35,021 nt of DNA, taken from contig CAMNAY010000001.1 in assembly GCA_946531975.1 (NCBI GenBank), forward strand, positions 1 to 35,021, read 5' to 3'. Of the stretch, positions 1-8,146 are shown piece by piece. Below the pieces are notes generated by a model. That model had not been told where the DNA came from. It did not search any database and saw only the letters and a list, made by a program, of their open reading frames with translations. This DNA is from an uncultured Ruminococcus sp. (GTDB lineage Bacteria > Bacillota > Clostridia > Oscillospirales > Ruminococcaceae). Each line of letters begins with the position of its first letter. The stretch's first letter is position 1. The translations under genes and the position numbers were made by a program.

Positions 1-200
1 TGATTGTCCCGTCGTTTATCGCCATGAGCCGGGAAGCCGCTGAGGAAGCCGCTGAGGAAATGGGCATCAAGATCGAGATCCGGAAAGCCGAGGGAGCGCC
101 GGAGGATGCAAAGTGGATCACTGCGCAGAACATCGAACCCGGCTGGAAGATTACGCCCCAGACACCGGTCGTGCTCACAATCGGGAGCGATGCCGATTAA
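1..200 (+). CDS. 3-prime end of a gene truncated by the window edge; C-terminal PASTA-like domain (PBP or PrkC-type Ser/Thr kinase family)
   Basis: The frame is open from base 3 to TAA at 198-200. Translation: IVPSFIAMSREAAEEAAEEMGIKIEIRKAEGAPEDAKWITAQNIEPGWKITPQTPVVLTIGSDAD. This fits the PASTA pattern VPxxxGMxxxxAxxxLxxxG(L/I)...Q.P.xGxxxxxxxxVxLxxG. Confidence 0.55.
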   Translation, partial: IVPSFIAMSREAAEEAAEEMGIKIEIRKAEGAPEDAKWITAQNIEPGWKITPQTPVVLTIGSDAD

Positions 201-284
201 CGAAAGGCGTCCGGGCAGTGTCCGGCTCCGCACCGAGGGAGAGCATTCTCTCCCAGAGCTGAATCAAGTTTATCACAAAAGTAT

Positions 285-312
285 CGCGCAAGCCTTTGAA
301 AAGGCTTGCGCG
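285..312. other. GC-rich palindromic hairpin in the convergent intergenic region
   Basis: cgcgcaagcctt (285-296) pairs with aaggcttgcgcg (301-312), giving a 12-bp perfect stem with a 4-nt loop. Imperfect arms extend to about 273-323. A second 7-bp hairpin, gggagag/ctctccc, lies at 237-254. Confidence 0.6.
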
Positions 313-376
313 AAACTTCACTGTATAGTTCTAAGCGGGCATTCGGTGAAGATGATACCCCTGCCGCACTCCTGCG
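308..376 (+). repeat. Copy 1 of an unclassified ~70-nt intergenic module (partner at 27791-27858, opposite strand)
   Basis: By hand alignment, agttctaagcgggcattcggtgaagatgatacccctgccgcactcctgcg (327-376) matches the reverse complement of 27791-27840 at about 44 of 51 positions with one indel pair. The flank 308-326 matches the reverse complement of 27841-27858 less well. Confidence 0.7.
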
Positions 377-389
377 CCGCGGGATCGGA

Positions 390-827
390 TCAGATACAGT
401 AATCGTCACCGCCGGCTCCGGTGCGGTGGTCGAGAATATCCTGAAGCGTGATGCTGTCGAGGTATTCACTGACAACCTTTGCCAGTCCCTCCCAGATATA
501 GAGTGTCTCGCAGAAGCCTGCGCGTTCGCAGTCATTGACCGCGTATTCCAGACAGGATACAGGTGCGAGGCTGCCTTCGGTTGCGCGGAGAATTTCACCG
601 ACGGAACAATCCTTGGGTTCCTTGGCGAGCATATATCCGCCGCGGTTGCCGCGGTTTGTGCGGAGGATTCCGCTTTTATTGAGCATCGGTACAATCTGCT
701 CAAGATATTTTTTTGAGATGTTCTGATGCTCGGAGATTTCCTTCAGCGACACAAAGCTGTCCTCCCGTTTTTCGGCAAGCTCCAGCAGCATTCGCAGTGC
801 ATATCTGCCTTTGGTAGAGATTTTCAT
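390..827 (-). CDS. Rrf2-family transcriptional regulator (IscR/CymR-like, three clustered Cys)
   Basis: N-terminus MKISTKGRYALRMLLELA and wHTH ISEHQNISKKYLEQIVPMLNKSGILRTNRGNRGGYMLA. Cys cluster CLEYAVNDCERAGFC. I chose the ATG at 827 because AAGGAG lies 11 nt upstream, whereas the track ATG at 854 would contain that RBS. Confidence 0.9.
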   Translation of the reverse strand: MKISTKGRYALRMLLELAEKREDSFVSLKEISEHQNISKKYLEQIVPMLNKSGILRTNRGNRGGYMLAKEPKDCSVGEILRATEGSLAPVSCLEYAVNDCERAGFCETLYIWEGLAKVVSEYLDSITLQDILDHRTGAGGDDYCI

Positions 828-867
828 GTATAGGGGATCTCCTTTCTGTGTCATGGTGTATAGTATT

Positions 868-896
868 ATTATAACATAGATTCTCCGTGTTTTCTA
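868..896 (-). promoter_or_regulatory. Putative sigma-A promoter for the Rrf2 gene
   Basis: On the minus strand: TAGAAA, 17-nt spacer, TATAAT, with a TGn extended -10 (tgtTATAAT). Confidence 0.35.
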
Positions 897-983
897 TGGG
901 CAAACTCACGTTTTTCAGGAATGAAAACGGCGCTTGCTTCAACAAATCATACAAATTCAGTATGAAAACCGTGGTTTGAATAC

Positions 984-1021
984 AAAAAAGCCGACCGGAA
1001 GGAATCCGGTCGGTTCTTTTT
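984..1021 (-). terminator. Intrinsic terminator after the LtaS-family gene (bidirectional shape)
   Basis: Stem ccgaccgga (991-999) pairs with tccggtcgg (1005-1013). It is flanked by an A6 run (984-989) and ttcttttt (1014-1021), so on the minus strand the hairpin is followed by TTTTTT. Confidence 0.75.
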
Positions 1022-1035
1022 GCAGATTCAGAATC

Positions 1036-2868
1036 TTATTTGTCGGTTCTTGTGCCGGTGTAATCCTCACCGACCACGCGGTCATAGGTCAGCAGATCAA
1101 GTGTTTCATTGCGGTCATCCGGCTCACGGAAAATGGAGGTGTAAACCGGATCGGTCTCTCTCTGCTTGAGGATGGTTGCATAGAACGGATCAACCGGCAG
1201 ACCGGCTGCTTCGATCATTGTCGGTGTCAGGTAGAAGGCGGAGATCGTCTCGGTCGGCAGCGCTTCCTCCTGAAGCTCGAAATTGCTCCAGATCAGAGCG
1301 GGCTGCTCATAGAGCACATCGCAGTTCTCACTGTTGATGCCTGCTGCATCATAGATATTGCCCTCTTTGCGCATGGAGGGGAAGTGGTCACCGATGAACA
1401 GCAGAATGGTCGGTTCACCGGTGGCTTCCAGCTCATTGATGAGGCGGTCGAGTGCGATGCTGCTTGCGCGGACGCCTTCGAGATAGACCTCAAGCTCGGT
1501 CTTTTCCGGAATCCAGTCATAGGGCTGGTGGTTCTGCATGGTTGTTGCGTGGGCATAGACCGGCGCGTCGCTCTCTCTGACGAGTGCGAGAAGCTGGTCT
1601 GTAACGGTCTCATCGGAGACATAGCCGTTGCCGTACTCCTGCACAGGAACGGTGAACTGGTCGCGGAAAATCATCTGATCCCAGCCGTAGGTGGAATAGA
1701 TCGTGTCTCTGCCGTAGAAGGTCTCGACGAAGGGATGCACATAGGCGGTCTCATAGCCAAGGCTGTTGTAGTAAGAAACCATGTTAGACGGCTTCTCGAC
1801 GTTGATCTCGCGCTGCGGGGTAATGGTATCCAGAAGTGACCGCACTGGCAGACCGAACATCAGCTCAAACTCGGTACGAACCGTATAGGAAGCGAAGGTC
1901 GGCACGGCGACATTCAGCTTATGGCTCTTTGCCATGACCTGATCGAAGACATCGTAGGCGTCAGTATCCAGATGCAGCGACTCGACTCTGCGGAAATCCG
2001 CGAACGATTCGGACATGACCACGATGACATTGGGCTTGACATCGCCCGCTGCTGCCTTTTCACCCTCAGTAACAGCTTCGAGCGCATGCTCTTTCGTGTA
2101 GTTTTCCGGCTCCTCAAGCAGATTGCCGAGACGCTCGGAGGTGGTTTCGACGAGGAAGCCGAGCATACCGTTCTTCTCGAACTTCTCGTTGGTAGAGAAT
2201 GCATTAGCGGAAGCGCTGGTATCGACATCAAACATGCCGTAGACGGTGTGCGAGACACCCGGCACGCAGATGATCATGAAGCCTGCGGTCAGGCATCCGA
2301 TCGCGGGCAGAACGCGTCTGCGGAGCGGCTGTGTGAATGCCGGATTGCGCAGGAAGATCAGAACCAGCACGGCGATCGCGGTCAGCACATAGAGCACGAG
2401 CGGCAGCGTGATTTTGATGTAGGCAAAGCTGGATAGATTCTTGATGCTTTTGAAGCCGGTGCCGACCGTCAGGTCAACGAGCTTGAAGTGATTGCCGTTC
2501 GTGCTGTACTTGAACAGTTCGACGACACTGAGCGTCATATAAGATATACCCTGAACCGCTGCGGCAGCCCAGATGCGGTTTGTCAGGCAGACGAGCAGTC
2601 CGTAGATCAGGTATGCAAACAGAAAGTCGAACAGCATCACCGTCGGTCTGTGAGCGCAGAACTGCAAAAAGTTCGTGATATGAACGCACTGGTTCAGCTC
2701 TGCCATACAGACGATAAACACAGGGAACAGCCAGCCGAGCAGCGCATTGAACACGCGGTGGCTCTGCTGATTCCGCATCCGGAAGTCCTGCATACGGCGG
2801 TAGCCGCGCTTGATCCTGCCGGGCTGTTTCGGAGCCTTATCCTTTCGGAGTTTCAGAATATTTGTCAT
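1036..2868 (-). CDS. LTA synthase / sulfatase-family membrane protein (phosphoglycerol-transferase-like)
   Basis: 610 aa with a multi-TM N-terminus followed by an extracytoplasmic sulfatase-type domain, including NVIVVMSESFADF. A GAGGA RBS lies about 8 nt upstream of the ATG. Confidence 0.85.
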   Translation of the reverse strand: MTNILKLRKDKAPKQPGRIKRGYRRMQDFRMRNQQSHRVFNALLGWLFPVFIVCMAELNQCVHITNFLQFCAHRPTVMLFDFLFAYLIYGLLVCLTNRIWAAAAVQGISYMTLSVVELFKYSTNGNHFKLVDLTVGTGFKSIKNLSSFAYIKITLPLVLYVLTAIAVLVLIFLRNPAFTQPLRRRVLPAIGCLTAGFMIICVPGVSHTVYGMFDVDTSASANAFSTNEKFEKNGMLGFLVETTSERLGNLLEEPENYTKEHALEAVTEGEKAAAGDVKPNVIVVMSESFADFRRVESLHLDTDAYDVFDQVMAKSHKLNVAVPTFASYTVRTEFELMFGLPVRSLLDTITPQREINVEKPSNMVSYYNSLGYETAYVHPFVETFYGRDTIYSTYGWDQMIFRDQFTVPVQEYGNGYVSDETVTDQLLALVRESDAPVYAHATTMQNHQPYDWIPEKTELEVYLEGVRASSIALDRLINELEATGEPTILLFIGDHFPSMRKEGNIYDAAGINSENCDVLYEQPALIWSNFELQEEALPTETISAFYLTPTMIEAAGLPVDPFYATILKQRETDPVYTSIFREPDDRNETLDLLTYDRVVGEDYTGTRTDK

Positions 2869-2975
2869 TTTCCCGTCCTCACTTTTCCTGATTTTCTATC
2901 TGGCGGATGAGCGAATGGACTCTGAGACGGAACACCCGATTCCCCCGCGGATGACCAATTCTTTGAGTCAGATTT

Positions 2976-3004
2976 AGTTTATCATGTTTTTGCGCGATTG
3001 TAAA
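2976..3004 (-). promoter_or_regulatory. Putative promoter for the LtaS-family gene
   Basis: On the minus strand: TTTACA (3004-2999), 17-nt spacer, TAAACT (2981-2976). This implies a leader of about 100 nt. Confidence 0.35.
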
Positions 3005-3096
3005 GAGTTTTTCTTGCACTTTCATAAACTATTCACAATCTTGTAATCCATCGTAAAATTTTTGTTGCTTTTCCATGCGAATTTGTGCTTCAGGCC

Positions 3097-3149
3097 GAAA
3101 AAGCACCCGGTTTCCGGCGGGCTTTCGCATACCGGAAATCGGGTGCTTT
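3097..3149 (-). terminator. Intrinsic terminator after the transglutaminase-like gene
   Basis: On the minus strand: aaagcacccgatttccgg ... ccggaaaccgggtgcttttt. This is a long stem followed by T5, starting 11 nt after the stop at 3160. Confidence 0.8.
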
Positions 3150-3159
3150 GCAGTTCGGA

Positions 3160-5715
3160 TCAGAGCAGATGTCTGCCCCAGCGCAGCCAGAACCGCCTGA
3201 ACGGATTGGACTGCTGATAAATCGCTTTTGCGAGCTGTACTGCGGTTTTCCGCAGGGCGGCTGCCTGCTCGCCGGAGATTCCGCTGCGGCTGAAGACAAC
3301 CCGCTGCTGGAGATTGACCGCGGCGGTGAGTCTGCCTTCCGGAAGCAGCTTGCACTGTTCCTCTGCCTTCTTTGCGAAGTCTTCATGTGTCAGGCGCTGC
3401 TGCTCAATGCCAAGGAGACGCAGCAGGCGGATCAGGTATGCAAACGAGGCGTCCGCTGCCTGATTGGGGTCTTTGCCGTGCATTGCCCGCTGCCGCTTTT
3501 GCAGGACATACCGGTGATACCGGATATAGAGCCAGACAACGGCTGCAAGTGCCGCGAGAATCAGCACATACCGGAGAATGACGCGGAGCGTTCCGCTGCC
3601 GGAGCCGGACTGTGCGGCGGTTTTGTCGGTGGTACCGGACTGCGGTACCTTGGAGGTTTCGTGTTTTTTGGTTGTTGTGGTATGCGCGGAAGCGGTGGTG
3701 GTTGTGGTCGTGCTTGCGGAGATACCGGAATTCGTGGTTGTGGTCGCAGGAACGGTATCGGTGGCAGGCGGCGGTGTATGCCATTGATCCGTGACCGATT
3801 CGGTGAATTCGTAGGGAATCCATCCGAAGCCCTTGACGTAGATCTCTGCCCATGCATGCGCCTGATTGTCGGGAATGCTGATTTTGTAGTCGCCTTCGGT
3901 TTTGCCCGCGGCGAAATTCGATGTCGTCATGACATAGCCCTGCGCATAGCGTGCGGGGATGCCGCACATGCGGCAGAGCAGGACAGCGGCAGAGGCATAG
4001 TGTGCGCAGTATCCCTCATGACCTTCTGTGATGAAATATTCAACGAAGTCGCGGTCCTGCGGGATCGGAGCCGGAGAAATCGTGTAATCCGAGCGCGCCC
4101 AGATAAAAGCACGGATCATGTCGAGCTTTTCTTCGAGCGGCAGGGTGTCCCGCGGCATTTCCGGTTCAAATTCCTCATAAACCCGACGCATGGCGTCCGT
4201 ATCGGGCACGTTCAGATAGGTCTTGTCCACAAACGCCTCATACTCGGAGACGGTTTTGTGCTCGGACGGGCTTGTGCGCAGCGAGAACATATCCCAGTCC
4301 GGATGTGCATTGTTCATCAGCCAGAGGCTGTAACTCTGCTTGTCCTCCAGTTCAATCTCGGTGTCATAGCGGTACATGGTGCCGGCTTCAAAGACGCTCT
4401 GGTAAGGGAGGTAGTTGATCTGTTCGGGCTTGACCGCATTGATATTGCAGTGAACGACGGGGTACTTGCCGTTTTCCGTGCGCAGTTCATTGACATGATC
4501 GGAGTGGAAAATGGTCTGCGGCATCCGGTTTTCTTCGGTGAGGCGGCGCAGGAGCTTCTGCTGCTTCCGGTAGGTATCGGAGGAAACGCCCCATCCCCTG
4601 CCGGTGTAGCTGGTGCGGACGATGCCGCGCATATAGTAGTCGTCGGGTGTTGCGGCACTGCCGAGAGAGATATTCAGGACGGTGCTGCCGTCGAAGTGCG
4701 GATTGTCGCTGTTCATGAGATCGACTTCCTCGGAGATCGTATCCGATCTGCCCGCGCCGGGGAATCTGCTGAAAAATTCGGCAAGATCCTCAAGCGAGAA
4801 GTCTTTGTAAGCCTGCATGATCGTATGCCGCTTCTGATTGAGCGCTTCGCTGCGGATGAAATGTCTGGTTGAGATGAGGGCAGCGGAACTGAGCAGGGCT
4901 GCTGCCAGCACGAGCATCAGTGCGGCGGGTTCATGCGTGGAATACTTGTTTTCGGTCTCCTGCGTAAAGGCATTCTGGATCTGTGTTGCCTTGGGATTGA
5001 GCTGAACCTCAACGGTCTGGCGTGCGGGGCGCTTTCTGGCAATGGCAAGCGTGCCGATCCAGAAGCAGACAAGCATAAAGACCGCAGTGCTGCTGGTTTG
5101 CAGCCCGAAGTAGAGACCGCATTCCAGAAACGGAAATGTGACAAGGAAGCGGATCCAGAAGCCGCTCCTGCTGGACTGTGAATGCGAAAGCAGCACATCG
5201 GAATATTCCAGCAGTGCGACCATCGCAATGATGAGCAGGTCGAAGATGAACCGCATACAGTCGTTCTCGTCCCATTTTCCGGCGGATGCGGCTTCAGCCT
5301 CCGCGATCTTCTGCGTGAGAATCTTCTCCCGCATGATGCGGTAAATGCCGCCGGCACCGACAATGGCGGCGTCGCGGAATTTGATCAATGCGGCAGGGAT
5401 GAATGCAAAGGAGCCGAGGATCATTCCGAAGCCGATCTTCGGGCTGAACCTGCGGAGCAGGCGCAGCGCGAACATCATGCCGACGGCAAAGACCGTCAGC
5501 GGCACCGGATCCGTCGGGAACCGGAAAAAGCCCTGAATGCTCCAGATCGTGCCGCAGATGCCGAGCAGTGTAATGAGAATGCGGACGAGCTGTTCGGGGA
5601 AGGTGCGCTTGTCCTTGACGGACATGGAAATGCTGTCATGAACGATCAGCGGAATGCGTCTGCCTGCGGATGCGGCAGCGCGGTCGGGCTGTCTGCGCGG
5701 TTCATGCATCGTCAT
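3160..5715 (-). CDS. Transglutaminase-like (TgpA-type) polytopic membrane protein
   Basis: 851 aa with an N-terminal multi-TM region. The core reads GYCAHYASAAVLLCRMCGIPARYAQGYV ... HAWAEIYVKGFGWIPYEFTE. A Thr-rich linker and a C-terminal TM follow. The start overlaps the DUF58 gene end by 14 nt. Confidence 0.88.
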   Translation of the reverse strand: MTMHEPRRQPDRAAASAGRRIPLIVHDSISMSVKDKRTFPEQLVRILITLLGICGTIWSIQGFFRFPTDPVPLTVFAVGMMFALRLLRRFSPKIGFGMILGSFAFIPAALIKFRDAAIVGAGGIYRIMREKILTQKIAEAEAASAGKWDENDCMRFIFDLLIIAMVALLEYSDVLLSHSQSSRSGFWIRFLVTFPFLECGLYFGLQTSSTAVFMLVCFWIGTLAIARKRPARQTVEVQLNPKATQIQNAFTQETENKYSTHEPAALMLVLAAALLSSAALISTRHFIRSEALNQKRHTIMQAYKDFSLEDLAEFFSRFPGAGRSDTISEEVDLMNSDNPHFDGSTVLNISLGSAATPDDYYMRGIVRTSYTGRGWGVSSDTYRKQQKLLRRLTEENRMPQTIFHSDHVNELRTENGKYPVVHCNINAVKPEQINYLPYQSVFEAGTMYRYDTEIELEDKQSYSLWLMNNAHPDWDMFSLRTSPSEHKTVSEYEAFVDKTYLNVPDTDAMRRVYEEFEPEMPRDTLPLEEKLDMIRAFIWARSDYTISPAPIPQDRDFVEYFITEGHEGYCAHYASAAVLLCRMCGIPARYAQGYVMTTSNFAAGKTEGDYKISIPDNQAHAWAEIYVKGFGWIPYEFTESVTDQWHTPPPATDTVPATTTTNSGISASTTTTTTASAHTTTTKKHETSKVPQSGTTDKTAAQSGSGSGTLRVILRYVLILAALAAVVWLYIRYHRYVLQKRQRAMHGKDPNQAADASFAYLIRLLRLLGIEQQRLTHEDFAKKAEEQCKLLPEGRLTAAVNLQQRVVFSRSGISGEQAAALRKTAVQLAKAIYQQSNPFRRFWLRWGRHLL

Positions 5716-6988
5716 CGCCTCCCTCCGCCGTGAGATCGGCTGTCAGCTCTGTAATGTCGTCATCCGGAAACAGCTCCGCATCATCCTCATCTCTGTCGTC
5801 ATCGGACAGCTGCGGATCATTGAGCAAAACCGGAATGATGCTGAACGAATCCTCCTCATTTTCCGGAAGATCCTTCGCCTCAGCGGGCGTACAGACGGCG
5901 AACACGGTAATGCGTTCGGGATTGGGCAGGGAAAGCAGCAGCTCTGTCACCTGCGGGTCTGCTTTCGGCAAAAAGAGCAGCACACGGTCATGCTGACCGG
6001 TTCCGCCGAGCAGCTCTGCAAGTGCAGTCAGGAAGGCATCCTGTTCTTCAGCCGGCAGCGGTTCATTCTGCACGAGCGCATGCATCCAGCTCACGGCTTC
6101 CTCCTGTGTTTTGAGCGGGTCACTGATGCCGATGCTGTATCCGGGGCGGAACATCGCCGTCCGGAAGGAGACCTCGCGCTGTGCAAGCATACTGGACGCC
6201 GTCGTCATGCAGGAGAGCATCCTGTCGATGCGCAGCGCCGATTCCGGCTGCCCGCCGGTCTGCCGGAAGTCCGGCAGCAGGACGCACTCCGCCGAGAGCG
6301 GCAGACTGTATTCCTTGACCATGAGGGTATCCAGCTTGGAGCTGAGCTTCCAGTGAATGCGGGAAATGGGGTCGCCCTCGCGGTAGAGATGCAGGTCGAA
6401 GATCTCCGAGGGATCGTCACCGGCGCGAACCTTTGAAAACTCCGAGGAGTCGGCATCCGGACGCGGCTGCGGTTCCCAGCAGACCGGCGGCATCTCAATC
6501 GGACACGGCAGAATGACGACCGCGTCGGAAGCGTTCATGCGGATCTTCCGGTGAAAGAGCCGAAGCGGGTCATAGAAATCCACTCTTGTAATGCGCAGCC
6601 GCATGACGCCGCAGGTCGCGGAATGAAAGTTCAGGCGGATGCGCTGTGTGTTGCGCGGCATGATGGGCAGAGAGACCCGCAGTTTCCGCACGGCGCCGTC
6701 GAGGGAATTGCTGAATTCGAGGTCAGCGGTCGCATTGGCGGAAGAAAAGATGCTGCGGTTTGTGAGCTGGAGAATCCACTGGTAGGTCTCCCCTTTCCGC
6801 GCCTGCTTATTGCCGTGTGTAATTGCGGCGCTCAGCGCGTGCCGGATCCGCACGACCGAAATCAGCAGGAACAGCGGGAAAATCAGCACAAAGATCAGCA
6901 GTTCCTGTGAAAGCTTTCCGCGGTACAGCACCCAGAACAGCAGCATCGCAGCGATCAGTGCCGCATACAGCAGCTTGTTCCGGATCAT
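5702..6988 (-). CDS. DUF58-domain protein
   Basis: N-terminal TM pair and the DUF58 signature FDLHLYREGDPISRIHWKLSSKLDTLMVKEY, with an acidic C-terminal tail. There is an ATGA overlap with the moxR stop (6985-6988). Confidence 0.85.
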   Translation of the reverse strand: MIRNKLLYAALIAAMLLFWVLYRGKLSQELLIFVLIFPLFLLISVVRIRHALSAAITHGNKQARKGETYQWILQLTNRSIFSSANATADLEFSNSLDGAVRKLRVSLPIMPRNTQRIRLNFHSATCGVMRLRITRVDFYDPLRLFHRKIRMNASDAVVILPCPIEMPPVCWEPQPRPDADSSEFSKVRAGDDPSEIFDLHLYREGDPISRIHWKLSSKLDTLMVKEYSLPLSAECVLLPDFRQTGGQPESALRIDRMLSCMTTASSMLAQREVSFRTAMFRPGYSIGISDPLKTQEEAVSWMHALVQNEPLPAEEQDAFLTALAELLGGTGQHDRVLLFLPKADPQVTELLLSLPNPERITVFAVCTPAEAKDLPENEEDSFSIIPVLLNDPQLSDDDRDEDDAELFPDDDITELTADLTAEGGDDDA

Positions 6989-7962
6989 TCCTGATACCTT
7001 TTGAGCTGCGGCACCGGAACCGTTCCGAGGATCTCCTCAAGAATCTGCTCGGCGCGGATATTTTCGGTTTTTGCGCGCGGGCTGAGCAGAACTCTGTGCC
7101 CGAAGGTTTCCAGCGCGATGACACGGATGTCATCGGGAATCACATAGTCTCTGCCGCGCACCAGAGCGGTTGCCTTTGCAGCGGCGCAGAGTGCGAGCGA
7201 GCCGCGGGGACTGACGCCGAGCCGGAACAGCGGATGCCGTCTGGTCGCAGCGGAAAGCTCCGCGATATAGCGCAGAATCGCCTGATCGGTATAGACCTGT
7301 GCGGCGGTTTCCTGAAGCATCAGCAGTTCCTGTCTGGTGATGACCGGTTCGAGCTTGTCGATCGGGTTGCCGTCGGTGCGTGCGAGGAGGATCTGCACCT
7401 CGCTTTCGAGATCCGGGTAGCCCATATGCAGTCTCAGCATGAAGCGGTCGAGCTGCGATTCCGGCAGCATTTGCGTACCGACAGAACCGGCGGGGTTCTC
7501 AGTCGCAAGCACGCAGTAGGGCTGCGGAAGCTGATAGGTCACGCCGTCCACGGTGACCGAGCCCTCCTCCATCAGCTCCAGCAGTGCAGACTGCGACTTC
7601 GGAGAGGTACGGTTGATTTCATCTGCGAGCAGCAGATTACAGAAGGCAGCGCCCTCCTTGAACTGCATCGTGCAGGTCTCCTTCTGATAAACGGAAAAAC
7701 CGGTGACATCGCTGGGCAGAACGTCCGGCGTAAACTGGATTCTGCGGTAGTCGAGTCCGAGGGTCTTGGCGAAGGCGAGTGCAAGGGTCGTTTTGCCGAC
7801 ACCGGGCATATCCTCCAGCAGGACATGTCCCTTCGCGAGCATCGCCAGCAGCACCTTCAGGATGATCATATCCTTGCCGACAACAACGCTCTGCACTGCG
7901 TGAAGAATATCCTGTGAATAGGCAGCGGCATCGCGTGCAGTCATGACTTTTTGCTGATTCAT
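6985..7962 (-). CDS. MoxR-family AAA+ ATPase
   Basis: Walker A LEDMPGVGKTTLA and Walker B LLADEINRTSPK. The 325-aa length is typical of the MoxR/AAA_3 family. Confidence 0.93.
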   Translation of the reverse strand: MNQQKVMTARDAAAYSQDILHAVQSVVVGKDMIILKVLLAMLAKGHVLLEDMPGVGKTTLALAFAKTLGLDYRRIQFTPDVLPSDVTGFSVYQKETCTMQFKEGAAFCNLLLADEINRTSPKSQSALLELMEEGSVTVDGVTYQLPQPYCVLATENPAGSVGTQMLPESQLDRFMLRLHMGYPDLESEVQILLARTDGNPIDKLEPVITRQELLMLQETAAQVYTDQAILRYIAELSAATRRHPLFRLGVSPRGSLALCAAAKATALVRGRDYVIPDDIRVIALETFGHRVLLSPRAKTENIRAEQILEEILGTVPVPQLKRYQE

Positions 7963-8089
7963 GTTTATACTCCTGTTTTATGATTTTTGTGGTTCCATGA
8001 TGCGCATCCGCACCGGATGAAACCGATGTACAGTGCGCATGTTTGCCCAATTTGGCATTCTCCGGCATTATACTTTATATACAATCCAT

Positions 8090-8118
8090 ATTATAACATA
8101 TTTCCTTTGGATTTGCAA
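8090..8118 (-). promoter_or_regulatory. Putative sigma-A promoter for the moxR-DUF58-transglutaminase operon
   Basis: On the minus strand: TTGCAA (8118-8113), 17-nt spacer, TATAAT (8095-8090). Confidence 0.5.
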
Positions 8119-8146
8119 CCGGATTTCCGCAGATTTCATGATAGCT

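Noticed and set aside
3590-3780. A GGT/GTT-rich low-complexity DNA stretch.
   Set aside because: It is the antisense view of ACC/ACA codons encoding the Thr-rich linker of the transglutaminase-like protein.
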